From Bigelowiella natans CCMP2755 (taxonomy: Eukaryota; Protista; Cercozoa): a stretch of DNA of 64,000 bases. Every line of letters starts with the position of its first letter. Positions within the stretch are counted from its first letter, which is position 1. This document shows positions 25,559-37,094 of this stretch, piece after piece. The notes below the pieces were generated by a model. The model was not told where the DNA came from, ran no database searches, and was given only the letters and a program-made list of their open reading frames with translations. The position numbers and the translations under genes are program-made. The DNA is taken from NCBI GenBank assembly GCA_000320545.1, contig ADNK01002970.1, positions 1 to 64,000 of the forward strand, given 5' to 3'.

Positions 25559-28500
25559 TTATATCATGATCTTTTTTATATTTTCACAGGTTCACTTAAT
25601 CTTCCAAATCCCTGCTATGAGTTTAGTGTCTATAGCTTCTTTCTTCTCTTTTTGCCTAAGTTGCTGCATGGATGCTCTGACATCGAGACCATCAACAAGA
25701 AAAAGAGGGCAAAATTTAATGGAAAATGATATGTACATACTTGTTGATTATTTTGAAGTTATTAATGAATGCACTGCCTTTACATGCTTATTAAACACAC
25801 TTGTCAGATGATAAAGTGAAAACATTCATACCTTTCAGTGTTGCTAGTTCGTAGCTATTTGTTAGATTTGAGAGCCGTTTTGCGGAAAGAAAGAGTAAAC
25901 AAAGAACACTATGATGATTATGATGATAATGATAATAATGATGATAATGATGATGATGATGATGATGAAAATAACATTGCAGGTGTGATTGGCAACAGAG
26001 AGTGTAATGAAGAGACGGAGATTCGAAGTATCTTTAGTTTGTCTTCCTTATAGATTGTGTCATGGGTGATATATTCGCTTAAAACTTAAAACTCTACTCC
26101 GTATGGGTACACGTGCACCATACGGACTACTCACAGGAAGAGTAGAAAAATGTCACTGCTTTCTGGACAATATATCTAGTGACAAATGTGCGGGGTAAAT
26201 TTACGTTTTCCTCAGCATTTGAAGAAAACGAGAGGAATTTATAATCGAGGCAAGTGTACACTTACTTTCTCTATGGGGCCGTAGTTTTGAATCGTAGCTT
26301 CATTGTGATGGTATCGCACTACTTTGCTGAGGTCCCAAATTACGCCTTGTCTATTGTTATAGCAAAGATCGCCCAAATTGCTAAGTTGTAAATTTTGATG
26401 TCCTTGCTGAACAGCTTTAGAATACCACAACACTGCTTTTTCGATGTCCTTTTCTTCTTCGTCTTCTTTTCTATTACCACCACAAGCCATAGCTACTACG
26501 AGTTGAGAAGCAGCACCGTTATTTTGGAGAGGCCTTTGAAGATTCACCTCTTTCTTTGTTTCCACATCATTCTCATCCTTTTTGCTACCTCTCCTTTTTA
26601 CTTTTACTTTGTTCGTTAAATGCTTTGGTCTACCGTTTGACATAGCATGTAATGATGATGCTAATAATGCCGATGGGGCTCTGAAGATAACTTTCTTCTT
26701 CTTCTTTTTCTTTCTTTGGGAGGTGAGACTCCTAGAACTGGCTTTCTTCTTTTCCCTTTGATGAACGAGTACTTCTTCAATGGCTATTAGATCCCTATTT
26801 CAAGCATTAACATAAAAACAAAAACGCAAAATAGCATACATATCACAATAAAACAGAAATGGGATACAACAAACGTACAACAACAATAACATCTACGAGG
26901 ATAGGATGAGCAGTGTAGCAGCAGAAGGACATAATACCTTCTGCAGGAAGTAGATTGTGTGGATAATGTTGCATAGATTGCTTGTAAGGAGGACTTTTTA
27001 TGCTGTAACCGTATCGCTTCCAATATCTTGTGGATTGTTTTTTCTTCTAAAAGAGCCATGAGCACACCAAATATTGTGTATGTCCAAATAGATTTTGGTG
27101 AGGCACAATTATGTGTATATTTTACTGCATCACATCAAAGCGAGAGAAAAGGGCGATGAAATTCTTATCTCATTTGCTGACTTAAATGTATATTACTTAT
27201 TACACTAGTTTTTACCTAATGAATACGTGATTCAGAGTAGTAGCAATACAAAGGAAATACTACTCTTTAAAAACTCTGATGTAACAAGAACTGTACTACC
27301 TATGTGCATGTCCCTCATATGAAGAGCTTCAATTTTCATATTTTCGCTACCACACAAACACTGAATCAAACTAGAAGAGGCCTCCATTTCCTAGTCCGTG
27401 ATGATAATAATATGTTATCACTCTCAACAATATTTTCATCGGCAACCAGTTGACCAAAAAGTATGAAAGAACACCGTAATAGTAGTAGGAGTAGTAATGG
27501 TAAATGTTTTAGCGTCGATATCAGTAGCACGGAAAGTAGAAAGCGCATACCTCCCATTTACTCCCTTCATTAACTTTTTCCTTCTCTTTTTTCTCCATAT
27601 GGACTGTCGTTTTTCCTTTCCAAATTTCATTGCCACTTATATTGAGCACCTTCAGTTGCCTCCCTGTGTTCGCTGACAGGACGAGACCTTTAAAGATAGC
27701 GTTCAACCCTAAAAAAATGATATGAACAAGCGTTAATCATAACAAGAGACTAGTACTACTGATATCACTACCTTTTGCCTTAATTCTATTGGACTCAAGA
27801 TTTAGACTAATCAAGCTCATAGCTCCATTTGACGCCAAGGTCTGCCCAATATTAACCGCCCCTTTTGATGGTGTGTCTTATAAATTTTGAGGTATGATGA
27901 CAACTATGATGAAATATAGCAAGTACAATCACATAGCAAGTACAACCATACAACTAACTAGTCCTTGCATTACTCCTACTGCTTCTGTGATGATATCATC
28001 AGCACTATTTGGTGGTGTTGTTCGAACATATGTTTTGAATAGCTTGAAATTGTAGGTTGATTGATCAATGTCATAAATGTAATGGCCAAAAACACAAAAT
28101 CAAAGATTTATTTATAAGCGCAACGATAATAATAACACATAAAACTGCTTTTTGTGATGGAAATCACAGGTATCTATAAGTAGTAGTTCTCATATTGTTA
28201 TCACCTTGATCCTCTATGAGACAATGTGATAGATTGAGGTGCTTCAAAGAATTATTTTTCTCCAAGAAAGAGGCTATATAACCAGCCTGATCAAAGAATT
28301 TGTTTTTATTATTTATTAGTTATAGCGCAGTTGCTGTTGTTGTTGTTGTTATTGTTGGCACTAGCATCAAAGTACTTATAGTAGAAATACCAAACACCCT
28401 CATTCAATTTCGATGACACACGCAAATCTTACTTATTCCAATGAGGGGGGTGATGATGATACTCAGTGCTATCTGCTATGATGAGATGAAAAGGTAATAC

Positions 28501-28648
28501 CCCTTCCGAAGAAATCGAGGAATGAGAAGAACACATGGCTAGATTAAGGGTTAGCAGAGTATTGCTTTCTTCCAATCCGCAGCATATCTTCTTTGTTCCT
28601 ACTGGACCTTATGGTGGGTGTACATATTGGTTGGCAGTATATGCATGT

Positions 28649-28687
<39 letters not shown>

Positions 28688-30585
28688 TGAGTTGATATAA
28701 TATGGTGTGTGGCCCTGGAAATACACCGCAAACACTCTATTGTCCGAATTTGTTCTTCGTTTAAAGATTGGAATTCTGCTTATACCGTGATATTTTTGTT
28801 TCATCCAAACGAAGAACCGATATTCAAATTAAAAAACATTTCTGCTGCACATATCATAATTAATGTGCCGTATAGTCTCTGCTATTTATATGATAAAAAC
28901 ACATCAATCTATAAAAGTAATATCATTTTTCTCTTTTTACTCTTCCCCTCTTTCTCTCTCATTGTGCTTGTATGAGTATGCAAATAGCACCGGGTGAGTT
29001 GTAGCTGAGATCTAAAGCCTGCAAGCAATTGGCCTTTTTGAGTCCTTCTTGCATGGCATCGAATGCCTTCGTTCGTAAGCCCAAATTAGAGAGCCTAACT
29101 TCAGAGAGACTTCTGCATTGAAAAGCACCAGATAATAATACAAGATAACAACAGTTATTATCTGTACTATGTGTAAAGGGGTTAATCGATCAATTGCCAA
29201 CATCAGAATCGGATCGCATTTCCTATTCATATGAAGAGGAAAGTAGCACATAATCTCAACTGATTTCGCTCGAAAATAACGGAAAGGGCATGGCCAATCT
29301 CGGTTTGCAACGATGAAGAAGCAGCCTCCGCTGGGCTATTATCGTTATCGGCTCTAAGTGTTATAGCAAAAACAGGGCTTTTGAAGTCAATTGAATGTAT
29401 CTAGCTCACACGAGATGGTTTTTTTACGAATATTTAACTTACGTATTTCCAGATAGGTCAAGTCTTTCAAGTGACGTGATAGTGCTGACATTTGTGAGAA
29501 TCTGGAGAAATGGGGAATAGAACTCTAAGTTCGAAGTTGATGTTATTAGAATCTTAGTGTGTGGCTCATAGAAGTAAAGTTTAGATATACTGACACCTTG
29601 AACCGCATATTATCCCATACAATTTCCGAACTATCATGGTTTGTGATGAAAATCCAAAACAGTTTATAAATGCTATACATAAGGTTACAAACACGCATAT
29701 TTTGTAAAAAGGATTGGGAAAGCATCATATATATTTTGAATGAATTGTCCTGTATAAGTTGCTTTGCTCTCAATGTTTATGCTATTATTACGGATAACTT
29801 TATATTCTTTTCAAACTGTTTTTTTAAAAATGTTCTATGGGTTCCAATTACTCTGCAGACTCCTTTGGTCGAGAGCTCGTTGCGAGCCACGTTCAAGGCC
29901 GTTAAACACCCTCCGTGTCCTTGAAGGAACTCGGATACAGCATCTGCTCCCTGATTTGAATTTACTATCAGTATTGTTATGAAATGAAGGAAAAGAGGAC
30001 GCAGTGGTGGTAGTAAGCAGAGTAGTATGATCAAACCTTATCCCCGATTCTATTATCACGCAGATTTAGCTCACGGAGGGCGTGATGGCTACTGCTTTGC
30101 AAAGCTCTTGAGAGCATTTGAGCTCCAAAATACCCGATTTTTCTGTTCGCTAGATCTATCTTTATTACGCTCATGGAAGCCTCTCTCAAAAATAGTGCAA
30201 CTGCCTGTTAGCATCATGCGGCAAATATGCAATTAATAGGCAGCTTACAGCTTACGTTGATCATTACACTTTTTACTCACGTAGGTAGCGACGTCATCAA
30301 GTGCAATGTCAATATTCGATAGGTTCAAAATCCCCTTGTTACGTTGCGTGATCTGCTCAATCAGCCTAAGGATTAAAGGCCAACGAAGGCAGGATCTCAT
30401 TATTTTTTCACAGTGATAATGGATTGCAAAGGCATCTTAATACTTGGCTGTTCGAATTACATCCCCGTCCTTGCCTAATTTCTTCTCCATATACTTTAAA
30501 TTCTACAAGAAGTGTGATGAGATGACTCTTGAGGAGGTAAGAAGAGAAATGAGGTGCGTGCTCTAACCTTCGAGTAGCCATTCAT
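24950..30585 (-). CDS. RNI-like leucine-rich-repeat protein (multi-exon), 3' end uncertain, with a degenerate Sel1-like segment
   Basis: LRR exons: ILNLSNIDI, GADAVSEFLQGHGGCLTALNVARNELSTKG, SLERLDLSGN, CLQALDLSYNSP, SLKHLNLSHCLIEDQG, SLISLNLESNRI, QLKVLNISGNEI. ATG at 30585. Confidence 0.8.
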
Positions 30586-30645
30586 GCTTGAACTAGGGTC
30601 GCAAGCTAATCGAGTCCGTTTTTAGATAAAATCGGACCAAAATTC

Positions 30646-32211
30646 ATGTCGCAGAGCGGTGTTACCCAGATGTGTCCGACTAGATCCTTTGCGACAAGGA
30701 AGATTCTATGTCGTAACCTTTACTTTGCATTGATTTTCACAAAAGGAGAGTTGAATGACTGGATTGACCGAGTTTTGATGCCTCAGAACTCATGCAACGC
30801 CAACCTCCCAGTTGCTAGAATCGGGGGTTGGTTGTCGCGGTGTAAAATTAGAGGGTATTATATGAATGCGACAAGCCGAACAAGAAATATCTAAGAATCT
30901 CAGTAACTGTTCCTACCGGGTCGGCTTCAAGTGTACCTAATCGCAGTCTGCATCCATAGCTCGAAAGCCATGTCAAGATCCAATCAGGTGGAAGCAGAGC
31001 ACAGCTTGGAGCAACTGGAATGACATGCCATCCCCCTATCCCTCCCTTTAGCGACAAGGTCCGTTTTGTATTCTTGCCCTCTCATTTTGTGGTTCAAATA
31101 TTAGGAACGACTGTCCAGGAAGTTAACTCTTGTGCTCAGGTGCATTTCCTTCTTACTCTTGTCATCATAACTTCATGGCTTAGCAAGCTTGGCTTTATTT
31201 CAATAGGCATAAAGCGCTTGAGTTCGGGCTAAAAATGACACCGGCAGGATATGTGAAGGTAGGTCGGCCATTAATCGCCAAAGTGTTTGTCGTAGAAACG
31301 ATTTCTTTGAAAGGGGCGGGAAAAATTGACGAAGATTGTTGTATGAAATATTGATTAGATAATATCTATTGGGAGTGTTCAAAATAGTTTTTGCTGTTTG
31401 TTGCGTGCATTACACGCATGTAGCTGGACGAGCTGCTCAAGCTACCAGTATTTGACGAATTCCAACAGAGTGAGAAGAGACTTGACAAAATTGAAGAAAT
31501 CGTGGAAAACTGCAAGAAGCAACGATTCAGGATTCGATTTTTTGTAAGGCTTTCCTCTACCTTCTGCAGATATCGTTCTCTTGAGTCCTTCCTTATTTGC
31601 AGGACCCAAGCTATGAAGCCCCACAGCTGCAGAGCATTCTAGAGGAAACGAAGCTTGGATCGTATCCCGAGTACAAGGAAATCATTCAAAACACCCTGAA
31701 GATCACGATGGAGAAGCTAGTGGACTCGGGGAAGGATGATAAGGTGCGTACGTCGTTTAAATCGAAGCTGTTTGGTTTGGTAAAATGGGTCTTTAAAAAT
31801 AGGTGTGGAAAGATATGGTGAAAGCAGGGATAAAACCTGGGCACATGCAAAAGATAAGGTAAGATTCGAAACCTTATATTTCATTGGGCTACTATTTATC
31901 GTCACGCTACCCCCTCTTCCTTCTCCTCCTCCCTCTCCTCGAAGACGCCATGTTGGGACTGTCGCTGATGATATGAAGAGAAAGTAAAATATAGCACACA
32001 CACATCATTATAACTATAGTTATTGTCTATAAAAATATGGTAGAATCATACATATATGCGAGGTTTTTAGATGGTTAGCACCATAAATGAATGGAAGGCC
32101 ATGCAAAGGGGCCATGCTGCGCCCATGGTCAATTGTATTGTTGTTTTTGGTTTTATCTGTTCTATTGAGATTTGAAACGTAATTATTCACACACACACAC
32201 ACACATGATAT

Positions 32212-32261
<50 letters not shown>

Positions 32262-32777
32262 TCCTATTTCTAATCGGAATGGGTACTCCAACTAGCGCGG
32301 AGTATTATATTCGGGCAAATCAGGTGACGCTCTAAAATTCATTAATGCATGCAACCTGCCCCCCCCCCTTTTCCCTTCCGACACACATATGCAATACATG
32401 CAATAAAGGGACATAGTATCAAGACTCTTGATGATGCTGCTATGATGACGGAAATAACATCCGCAGATCAGGTGATATTGCCTCAATCTCTCTTCCTCCC
32501 TCTCTCCCTCCCCTAGCGCACACATATGCAAACCGTGAGTGCATTGGAAAACGAGAGTTGACGTGCGGGGGGGAGAGGAAAGAGGGAGGGAGAGAGAATG
32601 TGAGAGAGAACACAAACTATCCTCATGGATACTTCCTACCTCTAAACATATCTACAAATACTGATGATGATGAGGAAATCATCAAGTTCCTCCTTTTATG
32701 CAACGACAATGATGATATTATGTGTAGGTCGAAGCCTGCATCCATGGCACATATTGGGACTCCTTCGAGAGTATAAG
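30646..32777 (+). CDS. TPT1: Tpt1/KptA RNA 2'-phosphotransferase (RNA lobe plus start of NAD lobe) with an inserted SAM-like domain
   Basis: Exons 31105-31139, 31207-31258 and 31424-31543 give RLSRKLTLVLR|HKALEFGLKMTPAGYVK|LDELL...IEEIVENCKKQRF. Exons 32296-32323, 32409-32471 and 32728-32777 give YYIRANQ|GHSIKTL...|VEACIHGTYWDSFESI. Confidence 0.85.
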
Positions 32778-32802
32778 GTGTAGTAGCCAGTGCTGTGTGC
32801 GT

Positions 32803-32842
<40 letters not shown>

Positions 32843-32943
32843 AGCTTAGTCTCTTAGTGTGCGGGGCTCTTTCTCCATTATTACTGAGTGCTAATCCTTG
32901 TAATATCTACTGCCACTGCTGCTGCTCTCGCTACTACGGATAG

Positions 32944-33352
32944 GCTTGCATCTGTGATGATTGACGCCAAAACAGGGGTGAGTGTTTAGATTCATCGGTA
33001 GAAGAAGGGGGGGGAGAGAGAGACAGTCTCGTCGACCAGCAACTTGGAGTATTCAATGCGTTGGAGAATGCTTGTATTTTATCGCTGATGTTATCGGTGT
33101 CTAGTTCCCTGGCTCTTTCCTCAACGAGTTCTCCTTTGCCCTCCCATCATATCAGATCACACACACACACACACAAACAGATACACACACACACATAATG
33201 AACAGGAAACGGTGTCCACCTTCCAGCAGTACGTTCAGCCAGGTGCATCAGCATCACGAAAATAGCGCTCATTTCAATCATCGATGGCACAAGAGATATC
33301 ATTCATGGCGCAATAGCAATTACCCTTTCTTTTCCATTCTTCAAACAATAAA

Positions 33353-33393
<41 letters not shown>

Positions 33394-34536
33394 TGCACAT
33401 ACACACATACACACAGTGAGGAAGATAAGCCGTTTCTGCACGGAACTGACTGGCGTCACTCAGGAATTTATCGATGAGGTTGGAGGATACAATCGTTTTT
33501 AACGCATTTATTTTAGGAGAGAGAAAACAACGAAACACCTAGAACGTGCTAACCCTAACCCTAATCATACCACCCCTCAGCTCCCTCAAAACTCTCCTGC
33601 TATCTGTATGATGATGATGGTGATGCTAGTTGATTTCATGAAACGTTGCTCTTTAACTAAGATGTTCAACGTTAATTTAGTGCTCTCACATTGCGAAAAT
33701 TTATTCTTCAATACCGATGTTACAACTGGCAGAAAGGCGTGCCGTTTTCTGAAGCCCTTGAAGCTCACGAGAAATGGTTTCACGAAGTGGTGAGTTTGAC
33801 CTTTAGGGAGGGAAAACCGGGGGGGGAGAGGGGAGAGGGGAGAGGGGAGAGGGGAAGTAAAAAACTGCAGTTTTTCTTTTTTTTCCTTCTTTTTCCCATT
33901 CCGGATAACCTCGTCAGATAGTTCCTTTCCACACGTCGACCTACATCAACGGCAACCATTTGTCCTCCTCCACCCCTGCACTTCTCCTTTCCCTTCCCCT
34001 CATCAGACGAAAGGAGCATTTTGCATTGTGTGCATATGTGGTGACCGGGATCTAAGGAAGATCATGCCAAGGTAGTATTAGATGTATTATGAGCAATCAA
34101 GGAATTTCAAAGAAGGCCTCATGATGATGAGCGCACGGAAACTGCGTTTGGTGCTTGCATTTTCGCTTGGTCTAATGTTTGATTTGCGATTTGTTTTTTT
34201 GGTTTTGATCGATCGGGAGCAGTCAATGTAGCATGTCCAAAATTGAAGTTCCTTTCTACTTGAGGAGGGTAAATGAGTGAAGTAATCTTGGCGAGGAGAT
34301 GATGAAGATGATCGTGAATATGATTATGAAGAAGGAAAATATAAGAATGATGATGATGAAGAGGAGGAGGAGGAGAAGGAGCAGGAGGAGTACAAGATGG
34401 AGAGGAGGGGGGAGGGTGAAAAGAAAAAAGATACGAACACAAACACCACATACACGCACCGCAACAATTTAAGTTGATATATGAATTTATGAGGATTACA
34501 AATACTAAGACACAGGCGTGTGTCAATGTGCGCACG

Positions 34537-34571
<35 letters not shown>

Positions 34572-35325
34572 ATTATCCTTCGTTCATGCTCACGTTTCAT
34601 CGTCAGTGGGGTAATTTGAAGTCCTGGTACCTAAAAACCATTCCTCAGAGGAAGCGCATAAACGGGTAATAAGCTCCAACCATGACCACCATCATCATTG
34701 TTGTCGCCGCTATTATCCTTTACACCGACGCATGCAGACCGTCACAATAACGAAAATACAACATGGTGCCGGAGATGTATTTGGGAATACAGCAGTCTCT
34801 TGTTTCTACCACATCTGCTCATCCTTCTTTCCGTAAATCATGCAACTAAACACCCCATCTTTGCAGAATAAAGGACATGCTACAGAGTCTAGAGATGAAG
34901 GTAAATTTTCTCTTTTGAGGATTACAGAGGGGGAAAAGAGGGGGGGGGGGGGGGGTCATCTACGCACGCGTGTGTATGTGACTTATGTGCCTTTGTAAGT
35001 CTTATTCATAACGTGTTTGACAGCTAGAGGGACGTCACCACAACGGCATTGATGACTGCAAAAACATGGCTAAAATATGTGTAATATACCAGTGCCTCTG
35101 TCCTTAACATGTCACCGTATTTATGAATTTTGGAGGGGATAGAGCAATGTGGTTTCCAGCTCCCCAACATCAATTATTATCGTCACCGCCACCACCATTC
35201 GTCGTCATTAAGCTAACACCCCTCCTTCTCCCTTTTTAAACTTATACTACCAGGGGCACTTGCTAGGGCGATCCCTTAAGCCATTCGTCACCGGCAGCAC
35301 GGATAATTCCCACATGAGTGAGTGA
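32944..35325 (+). CDS. ERI3-like DEDDh exonuclease domain lacking a visible ExoI exon; splices in frame to the Tpt1 part
   Basis: LASVMIDAKTG|ETVSTFQQYVQP, KISRFCTELTGVTQE, GVPFSEALEAHEKWF, CICGDRDLRKIMP (ExoII), MLQSLEMK|LEGRHHNGIDDCKNMAKI (ExoIII); stop at 35323-35325. Confidence 0.85.
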
Positions 35326-37094
35326 TGGGATAGATATGGAATCAAATTCTTCCAACAAAATGAGCTCTGATCTTTTTGTGTATTCATGTGAGATGATGCC
35401 ATCGATAACGCTCATCCTATCCGTGCTAGCTAGATCTGGCCTTTGATCCGTTTATCGCTTCGCCCCAAAAATATCAGGGCACATTATTCATGGGCGCGGT
35501 GGACGCGGTGGGCGCGGTGGTGCTGGTGGAAGGGGTAACTAATTCCAATATTACATGTGCGCACTGGGTATCCAACTAGAAATGCAACACTACTCTCATT
35601 TTACTAGCTGTTCCACGTGCAGGTCGCCATTTCGTTGGGAAAGGAGAAGGACGAGGTAGGAGAGGGCGAGGTAGGAGAGGGCGTGGAAGGGGGAGGCGTC
35701 TACCGGGAAGAGGAAGAGTAGCCTACTGAATAGGCCATGAAATGAAAGAAGTAATTGGTGGAGTAGAACAATAGAAACTTATTTTGCATGAAATAACAAA
35801 AGTGATGTAAGCGCTGCAATGTCGCTAGGAAACGCTAGAGCACATCGTATGCTGCATGCAGCACGAGCATAGCTGAGCATTCTAGGCATGGCTTTAGTGG
35901 AGTGTAAGCGCGCAATCTGCTCAGATGCGCTGCTTAGCTCAAATGAAACGCCACTGTACAAAATCATTGCATGCATAAATACTGCCAGTGTATGCAGTAG
36001 TAATGGGAATTTTGGCGTAACTAGACAATCATGCGTGCATGCAGTGCTAAGTACAACTACGTGCTAGAGCATGCGCATTGCTATAGTAGTACTAGCACAT
36101 GCACTTGCTAGTTAGCCGCCTTCCAAAGGAAATAAATTTAGGCTATGTCCACACACATTACACACACAAAGCGATAAATCAACTTAAGACAGTGTAGTAC
36201 TAGCTCTCGACGACTTTTTGTATTTTTGTCACGGCATCATTAGATGTAGCATTGCTAGCATTGTAGACCATGCACATCCTCCTGATCAAAAGGATGGGCT
36301 CATAGCTGTTAGCGCTACTCGAATGACATGCTAGCATGTGCACGTCTAGACGTGCATGCATGCAGCATGCATGCATATAGGCTAGCGTGTAAAGTTTAAA
36401 AAGATGCTTGTCTAAATAATGGTTTTGTTTTAGAATTTGCTAGCATGTACACAAACGAAGTTCTTAATTTCTCGAACGACGCTGCGCAGCCGCGCGCACC
36501 GTCTACACGTGTTAGGCTAACAACGGTTATGTGCATCACCATGTCTAGATGTGCTAGTGTGCCAGACCGTGCCTAGCCGCCCCGTAGCACAAGAGCATGT
36601 ATATGGACTATAAAGTCCCTATGTACGTGTATGCTGTCTGCGATTACTTCATATGTGCCTTTTGCCTTACATGTACTACATGTCAGCGCACACATGTACA
36701 TATGCATCCATGTCGTGTACAAGAGCACGTGTGCTTTTTTAATGCACTACGTGAAATAATAAGTGCATGAGTACATGTGTTTACATGCGCTTACACGTAT
36801 AATAATGGACTATAAGTCCCTATACAATATACATGCACACATTTGTTGTGTAGTATTGTTAGCTAGCAGCTAGTAGTCTAGTATTGTTCACAGTCAGATA
36901 GTACACACCCTGACATGCTCCAATGCTGACCAGCAAAATGTTCGTGCTTCCGATTGCGCTGAAAACAAGTGTGGGCGCACGCACAGCATTGTTAGATTGC
37001 GCACAATTATGTTAAGTTAACAGCATAATTTTTAACAATAACAAAACGTTGACTAGGGATTCAATGGTACAAGATTATTCACATAAGTGTGGGC

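Noticed and set aside
33549-33565. ctaaccctaaccctaa telomere-like repeat
   Set aside because: Fewer than three units, inside an intron; compatible with chance or branch-point-like sequence.
35480-35740. G-rich short repeats (gggcgcggt; gaggtaggagagggc) as a G-quadruplex or a Pro/Ser/Thr coding relic
   Set aside because: Only 2-3 copies each, with no supportable ORF or canonical G4 pattern.
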